Notes: a model not told the origin generated them from the letters alone. Counted from the first letter of the stretch, positions 41,576-55,112 are shown. The stretch: 64,000 nucleotides of DNA from Octopus sinensis (GCF_006345805.1 NC_043002.1:15624001-15688000), one strand, 5' to 3'. Translations and numbers: made by a program.

Positions 41576-42434
41576 TATATATACGACGGGCTTCTTTCAG
41601 TTTTCGTCGACCGAATCCACTCATAAGGCTTTGGTCGACCCGAAGATATAGTAGAAGCCTCTGTGCCCAAAGTGTCACACATTCTCGACGCTTCACTGGA
41701 TCTGTAGAAAAAATAACACATATTAATGAACAAGTAGAAATGAAATATTAAAAAACGGGTACCACAAGACACTACAACACAGCATCAGTAATTAAATGAA
41801 GATGATGATGATGGTGAATTTGATCATTATATTCAGGCTTGTGATATCCATCAATGTCATAAAAATGGCATTGTCACCATCATCACCGCTGCAGCAAAAG
41901 CAGAATCGGAAAACAAATGTAAAATAACAGCTGGTGCCATTGCCCTTCCTATCACCATCATCATTATGACAAGCATCCTGATCGCATTTCACGTAACCTT
42001 GAACAGTAACAAGACGATTTATCAAAAAAAAAAATACAACAAAATGTATTCCCTGGTCGCCTGGCCGTCAAAAATGACGGCTAATTGTAGAATTTTTCTA
42101 TGTAAATCAAGATGGTAAATAAAATTGATACACTTGTCAATGTTATCCAGTGGTTGTCTTTTGAGATGTGACATCAATCATCGTTTGTTACTCTAAGAAC
42201 ACTGGTTCACACATACATTCACATAGTTCCTATGTACACGCAGACACGTACACATATATACTCACTCTTCGATTTTTCTTTTCAGCATTGAATTTTCATC
42301 ACCCCACTTTCAGTACACTCACACACAGACACATGCACACACACATGCACAAACACACACACATGCACAAACACACACACATGCACACAAACATTCACAT
42401 ATATCCGTTTTACATACACACATATACTCATACA

Positions 42435-42722
42435 GGTGGAGGCTCATGGCCTAGTGGTTAGAGCAGCGGACTCGCGGTCGAGGGATTACGGGTTCGAATC
42501 TCAGACCGGGCGATGTGTGTGTTTATGCGCGAAACACCTGAACTCCACGCGGCTCCACCAGAAGGTAATGGCGAACAACTGCTGACTCTTTCGCCACAAC
42601 TTTCTCTCACTCTTTCCTCACCTGCGACGGACCGGCATCCCGTCCAGGTGTGGAACCTATACGCCAAGGAAACCGGGAATCCGGCCCTTATGAGCCAGGC
42701 GTGGCTCGAGAAGGAACAAGCA
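42435..42722 (+). mobile_element. tRNA(Arg-like)-derived SINE, family C
   Basis: A box tggcctagtgg, gac-tcg anticodon-like arm, B box gggttcgaatctc; no complete tRNA cloverleaf. Confidence 0.88.
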
Positions 42723-42885
42723 TAGTGACACAGAGTTGAAGCGCTCCTACTGCAAGATTACCATCGTCATCCTCATTATCAGCAACAGCATCATATTCAT
42801 CCGAGCTATCCTCAAAACTACAGTCTCCCATCTCAGTCACCGATCTCCTCGTCGTCTACTACTTGAACAGTATCAATCAAGCCCA

Positions 42886-43119
42886 TCATGATCAGCATCG
42901 TCGCCATCGTCGTCGTCGTTGTCGTCATCGTCGTCGTCATTGCCGTTATGACCCTCATCATCATCATCATCGTCGTCGTCGTCGTCGTCATCATCGTCAT
43001 CATCATCATCATCATCATCGTCGTCGTCATCATCATCATCATCGTCGTCGTCTTCATCATCATCGTCATCATAATCATCATCATTATCATCATCATCATC
43101 ATCATCGTCGTCGTCGTCG

Positions 43120-43169
<50 letters not shown>

Positions 43170-43195
43170 GTCATCATCATCACCATCGTCAACAT
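42886..43195. repeat. (CAT/CGT)n trinucleotide microsatellite
   Basis: Direct reading; produces spurious poly-His/Asp/Met/Ile ORFs. Confidence 0.95.
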
Positions 43196-43779
43196 CACAG
43201 TTTCGAGCAGCTGCAGCGGAAGTAAGTATAAACAACGGTAATGAAGCCACGCGATATATAAACCGAGCTAAATGATATCATAGAAAACATCTCTAATCAA
43301 CCGTGTGAAAAGCAAGAATAGACATAAAGAGAAACAGAAGCAACAAGAACGAAAGACTACAAATACTTCCAAATGTCAGGCGACATTTAATTTAATTAAA
43401 ATCAGGGAATCGGAAAAAAAAGGTCCTACTTCTTCTTACACAATTTCTGCAAGAACAATATAAAGCGTTTGAAGTATTTCACTTGAATTTTCTGAGAAAA
43501 TGTTACTGCTGTTCCAGTTGTGTGTAATGGCATAGAAGGAAGATACATACGTCCTTCAAACTTATTTCAAAGTTGGGTCGGTTTTTCTGTTGTTGTTTTG
43601 TTACTTGAAAATGCGATTGTTTCTTTATTAGCGTTTGTCAAGCACATTCAGTCACCCCGTTTATATATCGATCTTTTTCATGTATACATGCATAAACACA
43701 CGCACACACACATGTAGACTAAAACACACACACACCCATGTGCGCACCCACACACAAACACACGTACATGAAGGGCATG

Positions 43780-44310
43780 CTTATTCAAGATCATGCTCGT
43801 CATTTTCTCCGACATCATGTTATTGCGCATCGAGAATTCAGCTCCCAGGGCTAGACCGTCAATCTAGATTGTGCTGCGACCTCTTGAAATGCTTGTGGGG
43901 GGACATTCGGTGGGAGCGACCGGGTCGGTGGAGCGCGAATAATTGGTTTCTTTACGACAGCTATGCACGCTGTCACCGAGCTCTCCTCGGGCGTATGTTT
44001 CCTAACAACATTTTATCGCTTTTGCATCCACACTATTCGCAAAAATTAGCAACTGCAGACTTCCATCTCTGCCCCAAAATGAAAATACAAATCGAAGGTC
44101 GCCTTTGTAATACCGTTCTCGAGATCCAGAGTGAATCGCAAAAGGTCCTCCACTCGCTTACAAAAAACGACTTCCAGACTGGATTCAAAAGTGGCAGGAA
44201 TTGTAGGACAGGTGCATTGCTGCGCAAGTTGACTATTACAAGGAAGATAGTGTTAAAACATAGGTAAGTTATTTCTTAGGCAACATTGAAAATAAGTCGC
44301 CGATAAACTC
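43780..44310 (+). pseudogene. mariner transposase C-terminal relic
   Basis: WFLYDSYARCH...LHPHYSQKLATADFHLCPKMK...EIQSESQKVL..L.KNDFQ matches the HDNA..H / HPPYSPDLAP.DF.LFPKLK region. Confidence 0.8.
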
Positions 44311-44325
44311 TGGCACACACACACA

Positions 44326-44480
<155 letters not shown>

Positions 44481-45559
44481 AACAATGACTACTCGTGGTA
44501 GTTATTATATAATGTATATAAATGATGTTCAGAGAAAACTTATCCAGGTTGGATTGGTGGCAATGTGGTGGAGTTCCTTGCTTGAAATTCCGAACTGTAA
44601 AGAGTCGTTTATACATGAAGTGGGGTGAACATTTCATCCCTAATATTTAGAATATCCATTGCTGCTGCTATGATATTTAGTTTTTTCGTAATGCAAATCC
44701 CGCATTTAGCACCCTAGTGACTAGTGTGTTGCTCTCACGGTTTAGCGATCGTAATTTTCATTCCTAGACGGGTGGTGGGCTGTGTAGTTGAGGAAAAAAC
44801 TCTTTCTCTCACGTTGAACAAATGCTGAACGTCCTTACGTCGTCTTCTATGTGAGAGTCCATCACATACACATACACACCACACAAACACACATACACAC
44901 ACACACACACACACTTACATAACGCATACATGTGTTTATCTGCATGTGCGTGAGTGTGTGTGTATTAGCTGCATTGCATATATTGTTGACATGTTAGTAA
45001 GATACCTCTGTTATAAATGAGACTGCTGACGAATAATATATTGCATATTAATATTTCGTCACTTAAATGTGATAGATGATATTTTTCTCTTCAAATTTAA
45101 ATTTATCATTATGTTAGTCTTTCGTAGTAAATGCCGTCCTTCTTTATAAGTATTAGTCTTATTTTTATAAACAGATATTGCGCAAATAATACATGCGAAA
45201 TTATATAATACATATCTTCATTTATATCATTCGCAGATAACCGATGTTACATACGAATATAGAAACTTATGTCCCCCAATGTTTTAATAAATAAATACCT
45301 ATAGATCACGCTGACTACTCCTTGAAATACTCAAAGAAATTAAACATAAATTGGGGACAAACTGAATTTGAAAAATCGATTTTTGTACCGTGTACGGGTC
45401 TGAAACGCATATGTGCATTCGTGGCAATGAGAAGTAACAATTAAAAAATAAAACATTCGCAGTATTTAGCTTCGTTCAGAGGTAAAAACTGAAACTAAAA
45501 GACTCTCAAAATACTTATCCAACATGGAATAGGCATTAAATGAGTGATGCACATTATAG

Positions 45560-46730
45560 GTGTGTGCGTGAATGCACATGGGTGAATTGCTGTGTGTTTT
45601 CGTTAACCTCTTTTTGCCGGGCTCAGCGGTATTGGTGGAAATCATTTGCGGAAGATCGAAGCAAGGGAACTGTGGTTGGGAACGATAGAATGCACTTCAT
45701 TTCAAGCGGGTAAGGATTAAACACCTCACTTCTGTTATTCAGGCAAAATTTTAAATTTGCCGTCATCCCAACCAAGCATAATCTGCGCTACCGGCTCCTA
45801 CTGAAATACGATTTACATCATTCTAAGATCTTGTAGTCATCTGATGCTTGCGGGTCTTTGTTCTAAATTTACTTTCGAAAGGGTTAGACGAATTACGGAA
45901 TTTTAGGCTTGGTACTATGTTCAACAGGTCGTTTTGAAGGCATCCACTTCATTTATCTTGGGTGGAAAATTTCTGGATTTAAGCGCAAAATGTTAGTTAC
46001 TTTAGGTGGATTAGATTGGTCAAAGTAAAAAAGCCTTCCATCTCATTCGCCTGATCAATTCCATTATATTCCTCAGCAGCAGACTTGTATTGAGTTCGTT
46101 CGGTGTTGTTGGGATGTTATTTGTTGAATATCCCAGGTGGGCAATATCAAGAGCGCTAACAGTAGGTATCCTCGTCGTGACCTTAGATCCACCACCCCTA
46201 ATACATACCCTTCTCACATAATACAATCTTACATATGCACTAATCCTCCCCCTCATATCCACATTACACACCTCACGCAAACATTGCCCGCCACACACAC
46301 ACACATGTTTATCTTTTAGAGAAAGAAAACAGACCAACTAACACAGCTATATATACCTCTACTCCCGGAAAAGATTATACATATGACACCGCTACGCATA
46401 CCCCACACACCATCTCCAAAGGAACACCACATTCTGTCATTTCAAGATAACTCTTGCCGACTTCACTGCATACCCAACCAAGGGACATAACACAAAAAAA
46501 ATCCGCTGACCTTTTTTCCTTTCACCACCATTTTCCCAGTAGCTGCTGACCGGTTGGGCTAATCCACCTGCGACAATAGAGAGAATTTGTCATATTCCCT
46601 TCCATACCGGATAACTCTTATGATTGTAAAGTTATATAATCAGTTTTTACCTCACACTCTATTTTCATTCTTTACGTGAAACTGATTAGTTGGGTCAGTC
46701 GTTATGAATATTTACTACTATATATTTTGA
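45560..46730 (-). mobile_element. degraded PLE 5' fragment (ORF N-terminus) with adjoining pLTR-like sequence
   Basis: LGYSTNNIPT...LLLRNIMELIRRMRWKAF and FPPKINEVDAF.NDLLNIV.SLKFRNSSNPF resemble PLE pre-RT motifs. Confidence 0.72.
46611..46705 (+). ncRNA. decayed hammerhead ribozyme motif
   Basis: ataac-t-CTTATGA (core mutated)-tgtaaag...ctttacg-t-GAAA-ctgatt..ggtca-GTC-gttat. Confidence 0.55.
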
Positions 46731-47225
46731 TAAAAAAAAAAAAAATATATATATATATATACATATATCGAGTCGGATTGATTACAGGCAAAATTGACCT
46801 CGTCGGCATTTCAGTAAAGAACTGCGCCTGTATATACATATATGTGTCTGCTGGTTTGTGCAAGTATCAGCTTGTATTATACCATTAAATTTTAAAACTG
46901 AAATACTTTTATAGATATACATAAATTCTGCGATATTTTTTTCTAATTACGTAGTGATATTCTAGACCAGGTGGCATCATACATAATAACTTAGTTCAAA
47001 ACTGTTATTAACAATAACGCTATAAATATTATAAATCATTTGCGTAAAGCACTGCAGTCTGACGTATTAATATAATAGATGTAATTTTAGCCACTCGTGT
47101 ATCGCAATTGGAAATTACTACTTTCACTATGTTAATGTATCACTGTACATCGTATAGTGTTTTCTTTTCTTAATAAAGTTAATTGTCATTGATTTATAAA
47201 TCAATATTATTAGATGAATCCAGTA

Positions 47226-47440
47226 CTCTCTTTTCTCTTTTACTCTTTTACTTGTTTCAGTCATTTGGCTGCGGCCATGCTGGAGCACCACCCTTTAGTC
47301 GAGCAAATCGACCCCGGGACTTATTCTTTGTAAGCCCAGTACTTATTCTATCGGTCTCTTTGGCCGAACCGCCAAGTGACGGGGACATAAATACACCAGC
47401 ATCGGTTGTCAATGCTAGGGGGACAAACACAGACACACAA

Positions 47441-47473
<33 letters not shown>

Positions 47474-47636
47474 CGACAGGCTTCTTTCAGTTTCCGTCTA
47501 CCAAATCCACTAACAAGGCATTGGTCGGCCCGGGGCTATAGCGGAAGACACTTGCCCAAGATGCCACGCAGTGAGACTGAACCCGGAACCATGTGGTTGG
47601 TTAGCAAGCTACTTACCACACAGCCACTCCTGCGCC
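47226..47636 (-). mobile_element. SINE family B
   Basis: Well-preserved reverse-complement copy. Confidence 0.92.
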
Positions 47637-49075
47637 ATTAGTGGTGTATAATTGTACATCCCTATAAGTAACACGTATTTTGAGCGTATTAATACAATAT
47701 GTCGTCAATTCATTGATTCCCTTATAAGTATCAAATGGTAGAGCATGAATTAAAGGATTTAATTGAAAGCTATATGCAAATACCTGCAGTATTTCAATGT
47801 ATGTATTTTTTCTGTTGTTGTTCCCTTCTTGGGGGTAACGTTGTGCATCGATATGACAATAGTCTTCAAGTTATAGCAATATTAATGAGCGGAGGGTTTT
47901 CTTTAAATGTAATTACGTGGTTTTCTGCAATTGTTCTTTTATGTAGGTATCATTATTAATTGCATTCCTTCATATTTCTTTTCATGAAAGTATATCGTCT
48001 ATAATTATCATCTGTATATAAGATATGTTATTATCTCTCTTTTCGAATATTTTATCGTTCCAGGATTTAAAATGCGAATGCTGTTATTAATTATATACGT
48101 AGCACAAGCTTGATAACATTACTGAAATAATATTAGTTTGAAAATACATGGCAATAATACATTTATTAATTAATATGATTAGATTGAAGTTATCAGACGA
48201 TCATTCATATCTAAATGCATGGATACTAAATTAGTGCAATAAACTCTTTCCGATATAAGTCTTGGAAATGGAATGCATCTTATATACAATTATAATATCG
48301 CAAAAAAATTTCTCTAGTTATATCTCCTATTTCGGAATATTTTATCAATGAAGATCTGAAGATATTAACAAAATCCTACCAGTTTAATGCTTTTTTAAAA
48401 TTTAAAATTACATTGTCAAATGTTTTTGTTCTTAATATTATTCTGTATACTTGAGATATAAATGTAATAACCTGCGTAAATATATTCACATAATTCTCGA
48501 TTGTCTCAAATTAATTTTCTGTATAACACAGAATTGATTGGTTTCTTCTTTTGTTTTCCAGACAGAAATAGTCCACTTAAGTAATATCCTCTGAAGAGAA
48601 ATGTATGTATTATTATGAAAGAATTAAGGTCTAAACTCGTTTTAACATAATTTTCGTCCTATCTACTTCAAAGTAAATTTTCTTTCTTAAATGTTATAAA
48701 CATTTCCATAGTAAATTTTGTAACAAACGAATTTCAGTAATTTATTGTATTTAATCAATGTTTCATTATTTATGAATCTATGTAATTTTAGGGATTCAAA
48801 ACAAATTACATTAGAGTGAACTTCAATTGTTCCTACTTTAAATTAGATATATTTTCATTCCTCTCTACAAAGTGATTAAACATCAAAATTATGTTCTCAT
48901 ACGCTGGCATATGTTTACTAAACTTTACTCTTTCCTTAAGCAATGTATACAGAAAGCTAGTGATGAATATTATTCAGTTAAGATGAAATACGAACGAGAA
49001 GCATTTTATTGTATCGCATCACATCTATCTATCTATCTATCTATCTATCATCTATCTATCTATCATCTATCTATC

Positions 49076-49121
<46 letters not shown>

Positions 49122-49123
49122 TA

Positions 49124-49209
<86 letters not shown>

Positions 49210-49902
49210 ATCTATATATCTATGTATCTATCTATTTATCTGTCTATCTTTGCAATCTCAACCATCCCATAAAAATACCAGTTATTTTCTCTCTCTGTAT
49301 CTATATATCTATTTATCTATCTATCTGTATGTGTGTTTATATGTGGGTATGTGTGCATTTAGGGGAAGGTGCTAGTTTAGAAATTCATCAGGAATGAGGA
49401 ATACATGTATGTGTGTATGTTTGAGTGGTACATTTTTGGAGACTTAGAGTGAGAAAAAGGAACAAATAAAAATTAAAAGAATGAATGCTAAAAAAAACAA
49501 AGAAAGAAAGACCCAAGGAAACAGGAAATGGAGAAGAAAGAAAAAGAAATTAAGGAAGTGACAAAAAAGGAAAGATACAGAAAGAAAGCAGAAAGAGATA
49601 GGTGTCTTTTCCTGAAATTGTTGAAACTGCATTGTACTTTGTCATCAGCATGAGCTAGGGTAAAAAATGTTCTTTTTTCAGGAATGGTTGAATTTGACAA
49701 TTCAAGATATTTAGTTTCTCTTAGTCATTGACTCTTCTTGTTATCCATGTGTATAAAATATAATAGAGTACAAGTTTCCCAGAAAAATACCACGTTTTCT
49801 ACCCTCACCTTCTTTACTTTGGTTTCCCTTTCATTATTTTTAATGTTTCTATTTCTTTCTCTCCTTCTTTTTGCCCTTTCCTTTCTTTTTGTATTTTTTC
49901 TT

Positions 49903-49965
<63 letters not shown>

Positions 49966-50285
49966 CATCTATATACAGACACATTTAGATACAAAATAAA
50001 CATTCTCTTCCCAATTGAACGCATTATATTTTCAAATACGTCATAAAGTTTGAGTAATCATGTCATTCCTGGGGAATCGTTCAAACGAGATGAAAGCGTT
50101 AAATACATAATTATCCAAAATCCTGACTTCCGCCTTCCTAATAAGGAATCTGTACGTCACTTCAAAGAATTCCCCCTCTCTCTCTCTCTCTTTCGGTCTC
50201 TCTCTACCTCTCTCTTTCTCTTAATATATATATTAATATATATATGCGCCTGTATGTGTGTGCCTGAGCGTGTGTATGCAATATA

Positions 50286-50359
<74 letters not shown>

Positions 50360-51734
50360 CATATGTGTATATATATGTATATATATGTATGTATATCACA
50401 CATTTTTACCACACGGTGACAGTTTTATTAGTTGTAGATATGATGTGCCCGCTCAAAACTATGATTGGATCCATTAAGATAGTTTCATATGTTCTTTGCC
50501 CTTTACTTAAATAGTAAAATATTATGCTTCAATATTTGCCAAAAGGCCGAGACCAAAATTTCGTATATACGAAATTGGATTCCATTCGTTGAAAATGAAG
50601 TGCCATGACGTTATAAGCAAAAGAAAAAAATATTGTGTTAAAATGACAGATCTTTAATATTTTTATTGATTTATTTCCGGAACCGTTGCCCTTGCTAAAC
50701 AACGCTTTCCCTGTCAATCTCCGTGATGGAAATATGCGCAAGATGTGAGAGAAAATAAACATTTTATTAGCGACTATATCGTCCCTTTTTTAAATACTTG
50801 TTTTATTAAATACTGGCAGCATATTTCATGCGTCAGAGAAAATGCTTTACTTTATTCCATTCGTGTCCTACCGGCGTACACTTTTTCTTTTATTTATTCG
50901 TATTCGGTAAAATAAAATGTCAGTTAAGAACTTGGTTCTAGGTATCAAAGTGCCCTTTGCTGGCTTCATTTTCGCTGGCGTAGTCCCTAAAACTTAAGCT
51001 GTTATATACGGTTATATATACAAGGATCGTCGAGAAAAAGTGCTTTGCGGTAATTGATCTTGGTATTATGTACAGAGTCTATATACAACCGGATTCAAAT
51101 TTTAACATTTTTTCGTTAGTTAAATAAGGCCCACTCAAGTGCTGCAAAATGTGATATCTACAAATCACTACGAAATTGCTGTTATTTTACCGAAACTTTT
51201 AAATATTACGACACGGCAGATTCGTTAAGGAATCGGAAAAAAATTGGAGAAAATGTTTCGGCCTTTTTACCATACAGTTGTCATGAAGCCGAAGTCATGC
51301 TTCATTTTCAGCAACCCAGAGTTGATAAAACAAAATATCAATTATCTATTGTCACAATGGTATGACTAATCACGATCGATAAGATTTATATCCTAAAAAT
51401 AGAAATCGTTCACTAAAAGCACGCCTATTGAGAGTAATGTATAGTATTTTTTTTAAATACATGTCCCATGCTCAATATCATAAATGAAAAATAATTCGTG
51501 AAACCAGGTTAGATATGTCTTCGTACGACACCAGTCAAATTATTAGGAATAGATATTTTCAAATATTGTCGATCTATATTGTTTTCACTATATTCGTAAT
51601 TAAACTTCCAGATAATTTTATATCAAATCTCATTCAATAATAAAATTATTTAAAGAACGGAATTATTCACGTATGAAAACTTTTACATTATCTTAAATGG
51701 TTGAAAATACTATATCAATGAATCTGGCATTGAC

Positions 51735-52050
51735 ACTCAGTCGCGGTTTTCTCAGTCGAGGTTTTCTGTTAATTATACCAACGGAACAACCCGTTCGTAA
51801 GATCGACGTGCAAGTGGCTGAACACTCCAAAGTCATGTGTATTCTGAGCGTAGTCCTCATGGAGATTCAGCGTGACGCAGGAAGAAACGAGGCTGGTCCT
51901 TTTGGCTTCCAAATGCAACTCATCTCTACCAACAGAGCTGGTCAGATCATTGTGAAATAGATTCTTGCTCCTGGACATAGCACGCTGCCAGGAATGGAAC
52001 TCATGACCTTATGATGGTGTGTCAACTATTCCAACCTCTAAGCCACGCAT
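51735..52050 (-). mobile_element. SINE family A, old copy
   Basis: acgtgcaagtggctgaacactcc...ggaatggaactcatgacc...ctaagccacgc. Confidence 0.78.
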
Positions 52051-53034
52051 CTTAACCTTCGATGCAAATACAGTAGGCCGGTTACACTATATCTTTTAAT
52101 GATATTTATACAAGAAATAGCTGAAAATGATGCTATGTCTGCAAGATTTAATAATATCCTATTGACAAAACAGTGGAAGATAAACATGCAATTACCATTA
52201 CATAAGAACTACAATTACTAAAATTATCATTATATAAATCAGTTTTTGTTCGATGCCAGTCAGATCAATGTGTTAAACGCTTCATTTACTTTCATTATAT
52301 TCCTCATTCTGTATCTGCAGTTTGACAGCTGTCTATACTCACATTGCTTATAATTTTTTGAATTAACTAGTATTTTGGACAATGTTTGGCCAGTGTTTTA
52401 CAACGTTCTGCTCTGTTAGAGATCAAGAATGGTCAACAGGTGAGTATTGTTATGAAGACAAAAGAAAATTATTTTCCGGAAATAGATTTTATTAAAACTC
52501 AATTATATCTTTTTATAAACTAATATAAAACAATGTTTCCAGACGTCTTAATTCCGGGAAAGTTTGTTCTCACAGAATCATTTTCAAATATTTTTGTATG
52601 AATATCATTAAACGATATAGTGTATCCAGCCTACTGTAGTTGCATCAAAGGTGAACATGTGTGGCTTAGAGGTTGGGATAGTTGACACATGATCGTAAGT
52701 TCATGAGATTTATTTTAACAGGTGTTACAGAAAATAATTCAAGTTGAGATAAATACATGTATGTTATCTTCTGGATTTTTAAAGCATTACACTGCGGCTT
52801 TAGTGAGACAAGGCCTTGACAAATTTTACTCGCCTCCAGTATATCCTATATTTTCTATCTCGGGAAACAGATACGTGACGAGGACGTAAACAAAAAAACA
52901 CCGAGTTACAAGCACTGAGTTTGAGCAACATCAACATATACATACATCTTTTACCTTTTACTTGTTTCAGTCGCTTACACTACGGACATGTTAGTTTACC
53001 CGCTCCAACACTTCTTTGTCGAATAAATCGACTA

Positions 53035-53248
53035 CAGTAATCCCAATCATGGGTGTAGCGTTTCAAAACCTTTCCGCGATAGGTGAAAATCCGCGAAATA
53101 GAAACATTACTGTACTGTATATTTTTTTATTATTTTGATTATTTGCTTACGTTTATTTTACTATAAATGCACAACAACACCACGGAGAAATAGGCATAAG
53201 CTTAACTGATAAATAGCGAAAGGTGAACCGCGATATAGTGAGGGATTA

Positions 53249-53251
<3 letters not shown>
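53035..53251. mobile_element. pogo/Tigger-like MITE
   Basis: TIRs CAGTAATCCC / GGGATTACTG flanked by TA on both sides. Confidence 0.8.
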
Positions 53252-53289
<38 letters not shown>

Positions 53290-53368
53290 TCCCGGGTTGA
53301 TACGGGGTTAACCACAGTAAATAAGGTACTCAATACATAGCAGAGTAAAATTAATTATTATATAGAAG

Positions 53369-53421
53369 GAGCTTCTACAGGACTAGAACTGTTTCATTCA
53401 AGAGAAATCTTCAGGAAGCTC
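53369..53421 (-). ncRNA. type I hammerhead ribozyme motif
   Basis: Mirror image of 53424-53476. Confidence 0.85.
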
Positions 53422-53478
53422 AGGAGCTTCCTGAAGATTTCTCTTGAATGAAACAGTTCTAGTCCTGTAGAAGCTCCT
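53422..53478 (+). ncRNA. type I hammerhead ribozyme motif
   Basis: aggagcttc-CTGAAGA-t-ttc-tctt-gaa-t-GAAA-cag-ttctagtc-ct-GTA-gaagctcct: 9-bp stem I, closed stem III, GUA cleavage triplet. Confidence 0.9.
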
Positions 53479-53494
53479 TCTATATAATAAATAT

Positions 53495-53558
<64 letters not shown>

Positions 53559-53765
53559 AGCGGAGTTGATTAGAGCAATGTGTCATGCTCAAGGACATAC
53601 GCAGCTAGGAGTCGAACTCACGACTTTACAAAACCGTAACCACTAAGCCATGCACTTTCATATTGATGAACTTTGAAAAAAAGGAAATTTCGACAAAAGA
53701 AAAACGAAAAGATGCTGAAAAGGCTTATTTCCTATTCCTCAGAGCCAGTGGGCAAATTAAAAGTT

Positions 53766-54280
53766 TGGTTGAGGACATTTGCTTTGAAATATAAGAAGTG
53801 TTTTTTTTACTTTCAGGACAAATGTTACGTAATAAACTTATTGCCGCCGGGTTGAAAATCGTAGCGAAAATTTTCCTGCAATTCCAATACAACCGACCAT
53901 TTTTTCTCAAGCAGAATTTCTAACATACAGTCCACACCGCACACTGCTCATTCATCACACTAGGAACAATCGTTTATTTTGTCGACCAATTTTTTGGGGG
54001 GATGTTTATATTCATGACATTTTGAACTTACCAGTATCACATAAATTAATTGCACAAATAGCAATACTGTACTCACAACAAACATAATTCCTACAGTTCA
54101 ACAAGTCCATATGCTCTATTCCCCAAGATGGCGCATATGATTGTGACCTTTTTGCCCTGGTGTATGCATTTGAACTTGTCATCGGAAACTCCCCAGAAAA
54201 GTTCTATTTGCTCAAGCAAAAATTTGAGGCCATTTTCAATTTTTTCTTCGGAACAATAAATTTGTTCCTTTTTCCAATAA
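53766..54280 (+). pseudogene. decayed Ulp1/C48-like cysteine protease domain
   Basis: LLSGQMLRNKLIAAGLKIVAKIF, LLIHHTRNNR(H->R), VYIHDIL, LIAQIAIL, PQDGAYDCDLFALVYAFELVIGNSP and FVPFP in the expected order, across frameshifts. Confidence 0.65.
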
Positions 54281-54519
54281 AGAAAGCGTTTCAAATACCA
54301 ACAAAAACAACGGAAGTCACACACTGTTTATCAGCCACCCAGAAATGATTTACTCTGACAAAGACGAGTAGAAGTTATGACACCTCACGTAATTGTCAAG
54401 AGGACTTTTAACACCTAGGAGGTTCAATGTTTTAACTGAAGAGTTCGATCATAGCCCCCAAAAGGGAGTAAAATTTTGCTGCTGTAATGCTGAGGAAAAC
54501 GCTAAAACATGTTAGAAAT

Positions 54520-55112
54520 AAAGACGGTAATACATTTATCAAAGTTAAAACTTTCGCCAGACGATATCTCTGTCTTAGAACTTGGACTTAGTCCATGCAC
54601 TAAGAATTGTGCTTGGACTTAGTCAAGCACTAATAATTTTGACAAAACTAAATTAACACAAGGTATATATCAGTTTGTCCGTCGCCACAAGCTCCAAAAA
54701 TATTTTGTTCAAATAATAGGTAACGGATTGTCATAAAACCTCATGTCTGTTGAAAGAAATGATGGTGACAATCGGATCTGGCATAACTGGATTTTAAAGA
54801 GTCAAAAGTGGTATCCGGATAAATTTCGGGAGAGACGGTCACAAGGACTGTGGGAATTTCTCGAATCTCGTCAGACAGGAATTAAGGAAAGCTTTAAAAT
54901 CTGTAAGAAAATGGAGCTGTTATAACCTTACGGATTCCCAGCGTAGCGGTCTCCATCGCTTTGCAAACAATAATTCTATTGTTATTAAAATGGCGAATAA
55001 AGGATGTGCTATTGCAATTGTGGAAAAAGACGAGGGCCTTTGAGCTTGTGAAGAAGTTTTAAGTGACAACAATTCTTATGAAGAACTACCTGTAGATCCA
55101 AACCCCAAATAG
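54520..55112 (+). pseudogene. PLE reverse-transcriptase N-terminal fragment
   Basis: TVIHLSKLKLSPDDISVLELGLSPC and YNLTDSQRSGLHRFANNNSIVIKMANKGCAIAIVEK...LSDNNSYEELPVDP match the NLS..L...LGL.F.P and IVIKPADKG...Y..L..DP PLE motifs. Confidence 0.82.

Larger units (their letters stand above)
40855..41680 (-). mobile_element. old SINE family B split by an insertion in its internal (TA) tract
   Basis: 3' half at 40855-41070, 5' half at 41578-41680. Confidence 0.7.
53288..53490. mobile_element. minimal fold-back hammerhead element (203 bp)
   Basis: Perfect 67-bp arms 53355-53421 and 53424-53490, 2-nt spacer, tail 53288-53354, (TA)n on both sides. Confidence 0.88.

Noticed and set aside
42435-42510. 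Possible tRNA-Arg gene
   Set aside because: It has A/B boxes but no proper acceptor stem, and continues into a multi-copy SINE body.
42833-43250. Poly-Asp, poly-His, poly-Met and poly-Ile ORFs
   Set aside because: Several frames are open because of the (CAT/CGT)n repeat; no unique coding context.
52321-52445. Plus-strand exon candidate ending in CAG|GTGAGT (similar isolated splice-like sites at 48561, 59398 and 61155)
   Set aside because: Splice-like motifs arise by chance in 64 kb, and no coherent reading frame or homology links them.
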